Shown: positions 19,718 to 30,717 of the stretch, one piece after another | Layout of the letters: every line of letters starts with the position of its first letter | Numbering within the stretch: position 1 is the first letter of the stretch | NCBI GenBank assembly: GCA_963706285.1 | Contig: CAVPLU010000003.1 | Location: 32,001 to 96,000 of the forward strand | Source of the DNA: Candidatus Bathyarchaeota archaeon | GTDB taxonomy: Archaea; Thermoproteota; Bathyarchaeia; 40CM-2-53-6 | Direction of reading: 5' to 3' | DNA length: 64,000 nt | Notes under the pieces: generated by a model | Databases searched by the model: none | Told to the model about the DNA's origin: nothing | What the model saw: only the letters and a program-made list of their open reading frames with translations | Program-made: the position numbers and the translations under genes

Positions 19718-20089
19718 TCAAGGAATGAGACGTGCTAGCGAATATCCCACTACGAACGTCCCGAGTGACATGAGTCCTGCTCCAACGATTACGATAAACC
19801 AGTTCAGGTTCCACCATTCAAGAGGTGTGTAGTTCCTAAGGAACGGAACGTACACTTTCCCCTCTTCATGCTGGTGGATATGTCCGATCGCGACTCCGAA
19901 GGCGAAGTCGGCGCCCCAGAAACCGAACGCTATCATGAAAGCACCAAGAGCAGATGAGAATACCCCGACTATGGTCGCAAGGAGACTGTTGAGCGTGTGG
20001 AAGGCAAAGGCATAGGTGACAATGATGACGACAAGACCCAATACGCATAGGAGATACTCGTGTCCTTTGATTCTCATTGTGATTCGCAT
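19718..20089 (-). CDS. Hypothetical membrane protein
   Basis: 123-aa ORF with 3 hydrophobic segments. Confidence 0.55.
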   Translation of the reverse strand: MRITMRIKGHEYLLCVLGLVVIIVTYAFAFHTLNSLLATIVGVFSSALGAFMIAFGFWGADFAFGVAIGHIHQHEEGKVYVPFLRNYTPLEWWNLNWFIVIVGAGLMSLGTFVVGYSLARLIP

Positions 20090-20164
20090 CGATACATTTG
20101 CCCACTGGAATATAATCTGGTCGTGTCGACCGTGTGCAATTCATTGAGTGGGACCGTTGCACTA

Positions 20165-20290
20165 CGAACTATTGAATTTGTCATTGCGCACCAACCTACT
20201 CGCTGATCCCAAAACATGATCTTCGTTCGATGATCTTTGCGAATTGGGGATTTTGCGTTATCATCGTGGGTTTAAGGTCGCGCTCTTGCT
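20165..20290 (+). repeat. Degenerate copies of intergenic repeat family
   Basis: TTGAATTTGTCATTGCGCACCAACC and GTGGGTTTAAGGTCGCG, comparable to the copy at 8977. Confidence 0.5.
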
Positions 20291-20407
20291 ATTGTTCGTG
20301 TTCTGCACTGTCTTCCGTCCGTAACGCAAATCGCAAATGACTCGCGCATGAAACGGAGTCAGTAGGGACTCTCTGTCGCTATTCTCTTGGGGGTTGGCCT
20401 CATCCGT

Positions 20408-21371
20408 CTAGTACCAACCGGCCTTTCGAAATACTACTAGAAACAAGCCGGTCATGAATGCCATTAATCCTAGTGCAAATAGGATGCTCCAGGGTTCAGA
20501 GAAAGGCGGCCATGTGTGTTGAAAGTTCATTCCGTAGAATCCGCCCACCGCGCCCAGCATCCCGATTGTTATGGTGATCACTGTCAGCCTGTTGACGATT
20601 TGATTTAGCCGGTTTGAGACAGCCGACATGTACAAGTCGACGGTGCTGGTTAGCGCGTCGCGGTAAGTGTCGACCATATCGGTGATCCGCAGCAGGTGAT
20701 CGTAGACATCGCGTAGGTAGTATTGAAGTAGTCTCTGGTCAACGAACGGCAGGTCACGACGTGTCAAGACATTGAACATGTCACGTTGAGGCCCAACCAC
20801 TCGTCGCAATTCGAGAAGAGTCTTCCTCAACTGGAAGAGATTGTTCAACGCTTCTCGACTTGGTTTCGCAAGTATGACGCTCTCCAACTCGTCTATGTTT
20901 TCCCCGACGCCGTCCAGGATAGGGAAGTATGAGTTCACAACGATATCGACAAGCACGTAGAGCAGATAGCCCGCAGACACGTTAGCAACTTCGATTGGGT
21001 TACCAACTCTCTTACGCACCTCATCAATCACGGATTCGCTGCTTCGATGGACCGTCACAACATAGTTCTTCCCCACGAAGACGTCAAGTTCTCTGAAGGA
21101 GAGCTTCCTTTTCCGAATCTGATGATACAGGATTCAGGATTGCGAAGAGGTAATCCCCATACTCCTCAACTTTGGGACGTTGCCTCTGGTTACGTGTATC
21201 CTCAATGGCCAGGGGGTGGAAGTGAAATATATCCCGCATAGCTTGAACATCCTCCTCAGTCGGCCCTGTCATATCCACCCAGACTGTCGATAGATTCGAC
21301 GCGAGAAGCTGAGTAAGCTCTGCTGGAGTCTTCTCAAGTGTTCCTTGCGGAGAGAACACCGTGATTTTCAA
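20408..21371 (-). CDS. corA: CorA family Mg2+/Co2+ transporter (frameshift ~21090)
   Basis: 'FHFHPLAIED...QRPKVEEY' N-terminus and the 'YGMNF' signature before the last TM helix. Confidence 0.9.
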
Positions 21372-21464
21372 GGGTCAAATGTCCCCTCGATGGTTCTGTA
21401 CGGCCTCCTTAAGCAGGCTGATATTCTCAAATCTTCCTACTTGCCGTAAACGCAAACATAAGAT

Positions 21465-21630
21465 GGTTAAGATTTGGACGCGTACCATAAGACCAACACG
21501 CAATCAGTCCAAGAACGACGGTTCAAATTCTTGTGCTCCGACCAAGTCATACCGTGCACACGACGACAACTGCTGACAACCAGCTCACGACTCAAACCCA
21601 GTGCTCACGCAAGGAGCGCACACAATTCAA
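21465..21630 (+). repeat. Tandem multi-unit copy of intergenic repeat family
   Basis: AACGACGGTTCAAATTCTTGTGCTCCGACCAAGTCATACCGTGCACACGACGAC...GACTCAAACCCAGTGCTCACGCAAGGAGCGCACACAATT. Confidence 0.8.
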
Positions 21631-21691
21631 TAGATGAATGGGACAAGTCTAATTAATTCGAGATCATTTCGAACCCGAGGAACGTCAAATC

Positions 21692-22888
21692 ATGGTCCTG
21701 CCAATGGGATCAAAGGAGATTGCTCCAAACGTCTTCTGGGTGGGCGCGAAGCACCATAACCGAAGACTGTTCGACGGACTGATACCGCTCCCACATGGTA
21801 CCAGCTACAACGCGTATCTGATCGTAGGATCGAAGAAAACCGCTCTGATCGACACTGTAAATCCAGGGTTCGAGAAAGAACTGTTAGCCAAGATATCAGA
21901 ACGCATCGACCCCGCTAAGATAGACTACGTCATAATGAACCATGCAGAGCCAGACCACGCGAACGCAGCTAAGGATGTGTTAGCGGTTGCGAAGAATGCT
22001 AGGTTAGTTACCGGCGTGAAGGGTAAGGAGGCAGCGATGATGTACTTCGACATACCCTCAGAGAAGATCATGGTCGTCGATGAGAGTTCCATGATAGACC
22101 TCGGCGGCAAGACGTTGAAGTTCGTGGACGCTCCCTGGCTGCACTGGCCGGAGACGATATTCACGTACCTTGAGGAGGACAAGATACTGTTCCCCTGCGA
22201 CTTCTTTGGATCGCATCTGGCGGTCGGCGAGTTCTACGCGGACGAGTATGGCAACGAGAAGACGCTCGACATGGCAAAGATGTACTTCGCCGAGATCATG
22301 ATGCCGTTCAGGAAGCCTGGTCAGACAGCGATCGAGAAGGTCAAGAAGCTCGGGCCGAAGATTATTGCGCCCTCACACGGCATGATCTGGAGAGAATCGA
22401 AGATCATCCTAGACGAGTACGCCAAATGGACCAGCGAGAAGTTCCAGAGGAAGGTCATGATCGTTTATGTCTCTATGTGGGGAAGCACTGAGAAGATGGT
22501 GCTGGCCCTCAGGGATGCGCTCGTGAAGAAGGGCATCACCGTTCAGCTGTTCGACATACCGAACACGGACATCGGCCACATCGCAAAGGAACTCGTTGAT
22601 GCGCCGGTCGTCGTCGTGGGTGCACCAGCGGTGCTTGGTGGAGTACACCCGGTCGCCGCATATGCGACGATGCTGGTTAAGGTCCTGAGAGCGCCGACTA
22701 GGTATGCAGCTGTGCTTACCTCGTATGGCTGGTCCGGAGGTGCCGTGAAAGCACTCCAAGGCATCCTTGAAGGAACGAAGATCGAGGTGCTGGGCGCAGT
22801 CGAGGTTAAAGGTCCGCCTAAGAAAGCCGAGTTCGACAAGGTCACTGAACTGGCAGACACGATAGGTGAGAAACTGAATTCACTCTGA
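21692..22888 (+). CDS. fprA: FprA family flavodiiron protein (O2/NO reductase)
   Basis: 'GTSYNAYLI', 'NHAEPDH', 'PWLHWPET', 'PSHG' and a C-terminal flavodoxin domain 'YVSMWGST...SYGWSGGA'. Confidence 0.95.
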   Translation: MVLPMGSKEIAPNVFWVGAKHHNRRLFDGLIPLPHGTSYNAYLIVGSKKTALIDTVNPGFEKELLAKISERIDPAKIDYVIMNHAEPDHANAAKDVLAVAKNARLVTGVKGKEAAMMYFDIPSEKIMVVDESSMIDLGGKTLKFVDAPWLHWPETIFTYLEEDKILFPCDFFGSHLAVGEFYADEYGNEKTLDMAKMYFAEIMMPFRKPGQTAIEKVKKLGPKIIAPSHGMIWRESKIILDEYAKWTSEKFQRKVMIVYVSMWGSTEKMVLALRDALVKKGITVQLFDIPNTDIGHIAKELVDAPVVVVGAPAVLGGVHPVAAYATMLVKVLRAPTRYAAVLTSYGWSGGAVKALQGILEGTKIEVLGAVEVKGPPKKAEFDKVTELADTIGEKLNSL

Positions 22889-22984
22889 TGCGACAAAGTG
22901 ACTCGCCCGATTTCGACCATTTGATTTACCTGAGAGAGCTTGTTTTGGGATTCCTCCCCAATCCGTCGTCAATCGTTGTTCAGG

Positions 22985-23020
22985 AATGACTTTGTGCACA
23001 CCAAGAGAATCACACACTTC
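22985..23020 (-). repeat. Hairpin core of intergenic repeat family
   Basis: Minus strand reads GTGTGTGATTCTCTTGGTGTGCACAAA. Confidence 0.7.
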
Positions 23021-23249
23021 TAACAACGACGCTTCGAAGCATACTATGGATACTTGTACGCATCTTCTAGTGCAGGTTTGGAGCAATCTACACGTTAGAT
23101 CGTTCCGTAACTGGTGAGCTCTTCTTTCCTCTGGATATTTGCTCCATCACGATCATACGTAATATCTCCAAACTAGACTATCAACAGCAAGTGTTAATCC
23201 CTCGGATGCGGATAGATGCGTGAGGTTCATTGAGGTCTAGACTCCAGGT

Positions 23250-23723
23250 GTGGCGACGTTCTTGCCAATGACCGGCGTTTGTCCCCGTTGCTTCACGAAT
23301 GCTCCATCGGCAGCCAGCTACTGTAACAGGTGCGGAACAATGCTGCGGCGCCCTGAATCGCACGGTGAGTACTACGCACAGTACGCTCCTCCCTTGTATC
23401 CAACTCCAACCCCCGCCCAGTCGGATTCGACTACACGTCCTCAACTCATCAAAGACATCATCAACATATTGATGCTGTACTGGAATCAGCTTGACTGGAA
23501 AACTCTAGGAGCTGTGCTCGATGCGCTCTCGAAGTTCCATGCGCGTGGCGAGGGAGCGGCGGTCGCCGCACGGTATCTGAGAGAATTGAGAGAATGGTTA
23601 GGCCCTTCCGAGGTCTTCGTCTATGGTGGATACTACTATTGCAAGAAGCATCAGAGTCCCTTGCAGTATGTGGAAGGTAGGCTGTGGTGCCCGGTTGAAC
23701 AGAGATACTTACGGACGGAGTAG
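23250..23723 (+). CDS. Zinc-ribbon domain hypothetical protein
   Basis: N-terminal CPRC...CNRCG and C-terminal CKKH...WCP. Confidence 0.6.
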   Translation: MATFLPMTGVCPRCFTNAPSAASYCNRCGTMLRRPESHGEYYAQYAPPLYPTPTPAQSDSTTRPQLIKDIINILMLYWNQLDWKTLGAVLDALSKFHARGEGAAVAARYLRELREWLGPSEVFVYGGYYYCKKHQSPLQYVEGRLWCPVEQRYLRTE

Positions 23724-23988
23724 AAGACCTCACCACCACGAAGAAAAAGGACTCGAACTCAAGCGGACTGTCACGCGTCGCTGAGCCGAAATTGATGGAT
23801 GAAAGGCAGCGGTATCTGATCCAAAACGAGTGCAGAGCGCTAAGAGGATAGCTAAGCAAGACTATCGCAAACTAAGCGAAGCACAGAGAATTGACTTGTG
23901 CAGCATTCGTCAGGTGGGTAGGATATTATGGCTTCGTAGCGGCTGTGGTGAGCTTGTGGAGTATCAGATAACGCAGGGACAAACTCCT

Positions 23989-24585
23989 ATGAAAGCAGCA
24001 ATCATTGTCGCCCATCCTGATGATGAGAGTATCTGGAGTGGTGGGCTGATACTGCAGAAACCAGATTGGGAATGGACGGTGCTTAGCCTATGCCGGGGCG
24101 ATGATCCCGATCGATCACGGAAGTTTGAGTCGGTTGGTGGCCTGCTTGGTTTCGATGCTTTCATATCCGACGTAGACGATTCCGATCCTTTGAAGCAGAT
24201 AGATGCTCAGAGAGAAATCGGTAGCAGGATTCTCAACTTTCTTGCGTCCACTTGTTGGGATCTTTGCTTGACTCATGGCTCCAACGGAGAGTACGGCCAT
24301 CTCAGACACAAGGAGGTTCACGGCGAGGTCCTCAGGTTGGCCCACGAGGGGACCCTGGAATGCCGCCAGTTATGGACGTTTGCATACGAATGCAACGTTC
24401 AGGAAAGATTCTGCCGACCTGATCCACATGCCAACGTCCTAGTTCATCTTGCAGACAAAGAGCTTTTCGAGAAGAGACGAATAGTTCACCGGGAATATGG
24501 GTATGAGGAGGACTCGTTTGAGGTCCGTTCCTGCATAACGCCTGAAAGTTTCCGACGCTCCATTGTGAGGGACGAGCAGCAATGA
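23989..24585 (+). CDS. PIG-L family (MshB/BshB-like) deacetylase
   Basis: 'IVAHPDDE' and 'THGSNGEYGHLRH' signature motifs. Confidence 0.9.
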   Translation: MKAAIIVAHPDDESIWSGGLILQKPDWEWTVLSLCRGDDPDRSRKFESVGGLLGFDAFISDVDDSDPLKQIDAQREIGSRILNFLASTCWDLCLTHGSNGEYGHLRHKEVHGEVLRLAHEGTLECRQLWTFAYECNVQERFCRPDPHANVLVHLADKELFEKRRIVHREYGYEEDSFEVRSCITPESFRRSIVRDEQQ

Positions 24586-25751
24586 AGATCCTGGTTATGT
24601 ACGACTATCCTCCATCCCCTGGAGGTTTGACCACTCAAGGCGACCTTCTCTACAGAGGGTTACGGGAACTTGGAGTGGAGGTTTTCCCGGCACCATTCGA
24701 GTCGGAGCAGGAGAAGGAATGGTACTATCGTTGGTTCCAACCAGACATAGCTGTGGGCGTCGGATACTGGGGGCATACACCACATCTGATATTGCATCCG
24801 CAACGTCATGGAGTGCGAGCGGTACCATGGTTGGTCGTCGACGGCTACCTAGGAGATACTGAGACATACCTGGAGATACTGAACGCATTACCCTTGATCC
24901 TAGTTACGTCCAACTGGGTCAAGGATGTTTATTCACGTGATGGATTGGATCCTTCAAAGATTGAAGTTCTTCCAGTAGGTTGCGATACAGACTCCTTCAT
25001 CCCAAGAGAGAAGACAGATCCAAAGGTCGTGGCAGTGCGTGAGGCATTGGGAGTATCCCCTGAAGAGATCATGATTCTCACAGTAGGTGGAGACGCGGCA
25101 TCTAAGGGAGCCCAAGAAGTCATGCAGGCGCTCGCTATGATCAGTAAAGAAGCGCCTGATTGGAGATACGTCTGCAAAGTCTGGCCTCAGCCTCGAACGC
25201 AGCAACAGAATCTTGCTGATCTCCAGCTAGCCAAACATCTCGGAATCGACCAGAACGTGATCTATACCATGAGCCGTGCATCCCGCAACTTCATGCCCTA
25301 CTTGATGGCCGCGTGCGACATCTACGCCGGACCGTCTCGTTTGGAAGGATTTGGAATGACGCAGGTAGAGGCCGGAGCGTGCGGTAAACCTGTGATCGGT
25401 ATCAAGGCTATGGGGATGCTTGATACTCTTGTCCACGGGCAGACCGCTTTTCTGGCTGAGGTCGCTGAGGAGGTCCGCATAACGGAGAGAACTTTAGGAG
25501 AGCAAGAGGGATACGAACATGCACATCGAGTTGTCTTCAAGAGTCCACAAACAGCCGATTATCGAGCAAGCGTGCATGACATAGCAGAGTATCTGCTGAG
25601 ACTCATGACAGATGAAAAGCTCCGTCAGAGGATGGGAGAGGCTGCGAGAAAGCGAGTAGTAGAGAAATTTGACTATCGTATCGTAGCAAAAAGTTTCATG
25701 CAGATAGCATCGGAACGGCTGAGGATTCCTTCAAATGTCCATCAGAAGTGA
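24582..25751 (+). CDS. Glycosyltransferase family 4
   Basis: 'PSRLEGFGMTQVEAGACGKPVI' (EX7E motif). Start overlaps the upstream stop (ATGA). Confidence 0.92.
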   Translation: MKILVMYDYPPSPGGLTTQGDLLYRGLRELGVEVFPAPFESEQEKEWYYRWFQPDIAVGVGYWGHTPHLILHPQRHGVRAVPWLVVDGYLGDTETYLEILNALPLILVTSNWVKDVYSRDGLDPSKIEVLPVGCDTDSFIPREKTDPKVVAVREALGVSPEEIMILTVGGDAASKGAQEVMQALAMISKEAPDWRYVCKVWPQPRTQQQNLADLQLAKHLGIDQNVIYTMSRASRNFMPYLMAACDIYAGPSRLEGFGMTQVEAGACGKPVIGIKAMGMLDTLVHGQTAFLAEVAEEVRITERTLGEQEGYEHAHRVVFKSPQTADYRASVHDIAEYLLRLMTDEKLRQRMGEAARKRVVEKFDYRIVAKSFMQIASERLRIPSNVHQK

Positions 25752-26926
25752 GGGTGTCGAGAAGGCCAAAAGAGCGGCGCTGGATGTTCTGCTTCATAAT
25801 ATGCATGGTCCGTGTGATGGGCTGCCTAGGACCGCTGGTTGGGGCTACCCGGAACCGTATACTCGCGACCTCATGATCTCGAGCCTAGGAATCCTAGGAT
25901 CACGCAATCAAAGGCTGACTTCTTCAATTCGTCATGTGCTTGAGACTCTCGCTAGGAACCAGAGTCCCCGGGGGCTGATTCCGTCACTGGTTCATGACCC
26001 TGAGGACCGAGCGAGCAGTGATACTACACCACTTTTTCTATTGGCTGTGGCCTGTTTTCGCATGACCACAGGCGAGAGCAGCTTCCTCGAAACTGCGGTC
26101 CAAAAAGCAATGACTTGGATGGGCTACCAAAGTCCATCCGACAGGATAATCGTCGCACAACTGCCGACCAGCGACTGGCGTGATGAACAGTGGGTTCTAG
26201 GGTTTGGCCTCTTCGTGAACACTCTGGTTTACTCATATCTGAGACTCTACGGCGAACATGAAAAAGCCGATCTTCTTCGTAGCCTGATGAACAAGTACAC
26301 CATAACTGCTGACGTCACGCATCGTCACGTTCATGAGGGGCTGGCTATGCGGCAAAAACCGTACTATGCCCTCTGGTCATACAAGAACAACAACAGCGAA
26401 CGGTTTGATTTGCTAGGAAACAGCCTAGCCATACTTACGGGAATCGCCTCGCCTTCACGAGCCAACGCGATCATATCATGGGTTGAACGTGAGTGCGCTA
26501 CGATGCGGAAGAGAGGCAAGCTGGTTGGCGACCTTCCACCGAACCTCTTCCCATTTATTCGTGAGGCGGACCCTGACTGGCGACCACGTTACAAAGATCT
26601 ACAACCTGCCAGGAGAATATCATAACGGCGGTATCTGGCCTTTCGTATGCGGCTTCTATGTGGCGGCGCTAGTGGCTGCAGGTCGACAACGACTCGCAAC
26701 GAAGAAGCTTGAGGCGCTAGCAAGGATAGTACGGCCTGCAAGGACAGCAAACGTGGCTTTCGGCTTCAATGAATGGTTAAGAGCACAGGATGGGACGCCA
26801 CGTGGCCAAGATTGGCAGACTTGGTCTGCAGCGATGTATCTTTATGCCGCTGTCTCAGTGGAGCGATGTGAGACTCCCTTTTTCAAGGAGGTCCGAACCA
26901 GTTCTCATAATGCCGCATTCAGGTGA
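25735..26926 (+). CDS. GH100/amylo-alpha-1,6-glucosidase-like (alpha/alpha)6 glycoside hydrolase (frameshift ~26595)
   Basis: 'YTRDL', 'DWRDE', 'FDLLGNSLAIL', then in the second frame 'YHNGGIWPF...FNEW...QTWSAAMY'. Confidence 0.8.
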
Positions 26927-27218
26927 GCGATCTAGGCGAGAGCAAATCCTGGCAGTGCACATCGGGACCTACACGTTCTCATCCGCGGATTCTGTGATGG
27001 ACCCGATCAGAAGCAATTCCCATGTACAACGCCATCTATGCGTACTGTGCCGTGAAGACTGTGCCGGCAAAATTGCTTCAAAAGGAGAATCGGTTCTTGT
27101 TGTGGAAACGGATGTCTCCCACTTGATAGTTCAAATCCAACCGTCCACTCCAGAGATACCGGATACGATCTTCGTTCGAATTGGCCTTCATGACTAAGGC
27201 TGATGCGCTAATTAGCGT

Positions 27219-28102
27219 TCAATCTCGACGCGCTCTTGCTGAGACGGTGACTCTCTGGACTCCGATGAATTTCTCTTTCACTGTCGTCTCAATGCGGGAT
27301 TTGATTTCGTCGAGCGTGCCCACTGTCATGGTGCTGTCGACTTCTATGTGTATTTCCGATTGTACGAAGGGTCCCGAGGCTCTTAGGAGCACGTCCTTCA
27401 CTTCCACTCCATCGTTGTTTTCAACTATTCCTCTTATCTCTTCCACAAGCTGGGGGTTGTGGTAGGCGTCGAGCAACACTAATGTGGTTTCTTTCAGGGC
27501 AACGTAGCAGACGAGAAGGATGAAGAGCCCCACGGCCATTCCTCCTAGTGCGTCCAATTCGTGGAATCCAAGCGAGGAACCGAGCACTGCAAAGAAGACT
27601 AGAAACGATGCTGAACCATCTTTAATCGCGTTGTTGGCATCCAGCCTGAGGGATGCTAGATTGTATTTCTTCGCGATTCTTCTCATCTGAGACAGCCCTA
27701 TAGAGAGAGATGCTGCCTGCAATCAGCAAGACTGCCATTGCTAGGATTGGTAGAGTCAGTGGTCTTGGTTCGAGAAAGGCGCGATAGGATCGGTATATGA
27801 CGAATCCGCCTACACCTGTTAGAACAATTGATGTTGCGAACGCAACCAAGCTTTCGACCTTGTGATAGCCAAAGTGGAATTTCTCGTCTGGTGCTTTTCG
27901 TGACATCTTGAGGCCAAACCAGACCAGGAATGAGACGAAACCGTCTGATATCGAATCTATTCCATCTGCCGTCAAACCAATGCTACCGGTGAACTGTCCG
28001 GTCGCGATCTCGATTACACCTAAGACCTACGAGTGTCCATACTGACGCCTTCGCTAGCCTTTCGCCCTCAAAGTAGCCTGCTGAAACTCCAGAGGACTTC
28101 AT
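27219..28102 (-). CDS. Cation diffusion facilitator (CDF/FieF-like) transporter, frameshifted
   Basis: 'ADGIDSISD', 'PDEKFHFGYHKVESL' and a C-terminal ZT dimer domain, spread over three frames. Confidence 0.85.
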
Positions 28103-28199
28103 AGGGTCATCATCCAAGATTCGGTCGACTCGTTGAAGATGCGATGATCATTGCTCCGACGGATCAGATATCTGCATACTGTCTTCATGAAGATGATTA

Positions 28200-28316
28200 T
28201 GAAGATGTGGATGGTTCAAATCTGGATGCCCACGCGAAATGTGCTGACGATGAAGAACGAACGCTTCCATATGATGACTCAAATTGCGATGGCTGCACCG
28301 CGGTACCCGTGCACAT
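28200..28316 (+). repeat. Two-unit tandem of intergenic repeat family
   Basis: GGTTCAAAT at 28213 followed by CTGGATGCCCACGCGA, and GACTCAAAT at 28276 followed by TGCGATGGCTGCACCG then CGGTACCCGTGCAC. Confidence 0.8.
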
Positions 28317-28537
28317 ATTCCCTGACCATGCTCTCTTGATACAGGCGCTTATGGTTACCATTTGATGCTAGACACAAGTTTCAAATGAATCCAGAATCAC
28401 ATGGATCGACAGCGTCTTGCTGATATATCCCTGTTTGCATGTTTGGAGTCTGTTGCTTTCTCCGTACGCAGACATGAGAGCGCCGAGGAAGGGCGTGATG
28501 ACAAGAAGCGCCAAACATTGGGAGGTAAGATACGACT

Positions 28538-29713
28538 ATGAGTGTCATGATTCTGAGAACGGTCATCTTGCTGGGCGTGCTGTCGTTGGCGGTGGGATTG
28601 TCAGCGCAGGTCACCATGATACGGGCCCTAACGCTGTATGACTCCGGCGAATCCGACGCCCGAAGAGCAGTTAGTACTTGAGTACATCAACCGAGCGCGA
28701 GCCAATCCTACCTCGGAGGGCACACGTTTGGGCATTGACATGTGGGAAAGCTTGTGCGACCTCAATGACGTAGGGGTTCGCCCACCTCTGGCCATGAACA
28801 AGATCCTGCTCCAAGTAGCAGATTATCACAGCTGGGACATGTACACTAACAACTATTTCGCCCACAATGACCTTAGCGGTCACGATCCAAGTCAGCGCAT
28901 GACAAACGCAGGCTATAGTCCGTGGACGTGGGGCGAAAATATCGCTGTGGGCAGTAGTGGTTACAGTGCCACGAATCTGGAAGATGACCTCATGGTTGAC
29001 TCCAGCACCTCATGTCGGTCTCCATCGCGTCAACCTGTTCGACAACAACTTCAAAGAAGTCGGAGTCGGTTATTATGCAGGGGCGACTCCAAATCCCTCG
29101 CGCTGGAGTAACTTCCTCACGCAAGATTTTGGCTTGGCGAGCGTCGGGCCGTTCCTGGTAGGTGTGGTCTACAATGATGCGGATGGCTGACAACTTCTAC
29201 GATATCGGTGAGGGCGTCTCTGGGGTCCAGATCACTCCCAGCGGGGGAAGTTACTACGCAGTCTCATCCACAAGCGGTGGTTACGCGTTCCCGATCGGTA
29301 CCTCAGGGACGATCACGGTGACAGCTTCAGGTTCTGGTTACGGCTCGATCACGAAGACGGTGTCGTTTACTGGTGCAAACATCAAGCTGGACTTCACCAA
29401 CATGAGCAACAACACTACTACGAAAACCACTACAACCACCACTAGGACTTCTACAACCAGCACGACCTCAACAACCAGCACGACTATAGCCATCGCGATT
29501 TCTACCAGCACGCCATCTTCTACTACAACCAGTACGACCTCTTCAACAGCCAGCACGACTTCTAGAGTCAGCATGACTTCTACAATCAGCACGACCTCTT
29601 CCACTACAACAACCAGTACGACGGAGATTCCGGAATATCAGTTTGGCCAAGCAGTTCTCCTCATCGCACTTGTAGGAGTCTATGGAGTGATGCGCCGAAA
29701 GATCGCCAAATGA
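28538..29713 (+). CDS. Secreted CAP (SCP) domain protein with Thr-rich stalk and PEF-CTERM-like anchor, frameshifted
   Basis: Signal peptide from ATG 28538, 'EQLVLEYINRAR...HSWDM...YFAH...WGENIA...HRVNL...EVGVG...TQDFG', and C-terminal 'IPEYQFG-TM-RRK'. Confidence 0.8.
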
Positions 29714-29869
29714 GTCAAACGCGTTTTCTTTCACTCTCGAATGATCATGCTGAATCTTTGGGCGCTTCAGCGGTCACCGTGTAGGATCAACAAGCAACAG
29801 AGTCGAGTCTTGTCTTCCTCAAGGAAGCAGTCTTCGCGTCGTACTTGACATTGCCAGGAGTCTTAGCAG

Positions 29870-29952
29870 TCGTAGTTGTGGGTTGAGATTCGTTCCTTTC
29901 TCTTTCTGTGTGTGCATCAAGCGATCCACACACAAATCTCTAGTTCAAACCC
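29870..29952. repeat. Copy of intergenic repeat family
   Basis: TGTGTGTGCATCAAGCGATCCACACACAAATCTCTAGTTCAAAC. Confidence 0.8.
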
Positions 29953-30042
29953 ACCTGAGGGCTATCTGACTTGTTTTGGGTTTCCTGTTCTTTGTCAAGT
30001 TCTCGGGTCTGAAGATGAGTGTTAGGCACAGCCCAGGTTAGA

Positions 30043-30624
30043 CTATGGTTTCTTGCTATGCTCGGATGACATCGCGGCCACAGTCTCATAGTTTTCTGGT
30101 GTGCAGTAGAGACGGATCGTCCTCAAGCCGCCGCCTAGTCCTCCGGCGAACCATCGTTCCTTCAAGAGGATTACATGCTCCTTTGGGTACAGCAATACTT
30201 GGCGGACATCGTGCCAGCTGATCTCGCCGCCGATGCCTGCGCCGCTTGTGTGGGATTGTTGGAGTCCGATGATAATGGCTGGCGGACTGGATCTCGCGAT
30301 ACCCATGAGAATCAGTAGGAAACTGATGCCTTTGTAGGCATCTCTTTGCTTTGAACGCGTTGTGAAACCTGCACCTCGACTTTCAACACGGAAACGAACT
30401 TGACGATAGCTTTGTTGAATAATGAAGCGGACTAGTACAGTGAAAAAGATCACCAATGCCACCAGTACAGATGCGTATATGCTCAACAATGTCAGTGGTA
30501 TCAAGATGAGAGCAGAGATTCCGATTACTTTGATCAGGTATTGTGTCGTGAAGCGATCGTAGATGGGAAGATCATAATCCCATTCCAACTCCTTGGGAAG
30601 CTCTCGTTTTTCATTATGTGTCAT
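30043..30624 (-). CDS. Hypothetical membrane protein (PH-like C-terminus)
   Basis: Two TM helices followed by 'ISWHDVRQV..YP..HVI.L...LYCTPENYE.V'. Confidence 0.65.
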   Translation of the reverse strand: MTHNEKRELPKELEWDYDLPIYDRFTTQYLIKVIGISALILIPLTLLSIYASVLVALVIFFTVLVRFIIQQSYRQVRFRVESRGAGFTTRSKQRDAYKGISFLLILMGIARSSPPAIIIGLQQSHTSGAGIGGEISWHDVRQVLLYPKEHVILLKERWFAGGLGGGLRTIRLYCTPENYETVAAMSSEHSKKP

Positions 30625-30717
30625 TGTGTTTTGCCTACAGCATCCTATTGACAATCTTGCGCTTGAATTCGGGTGAACCAACTGTTAAATAGGTTTGGAC
30701 TGGTCACCGTGTTTGAC

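Noticed and set aside
28144-28365. Asp-rich 73-aa ORF, and similar short ORFs at 645-839 and 1367-1558
   Set aside because: They overlap the GACGAC-rich repeat units and are translations of the non-coding repeat.
29400-29625. ACx/TCx trinucleotide-like repeats (also 2000-2300)
   Set aside because: These are explained by Thr/Ser-rich linker coding in surface proteins.
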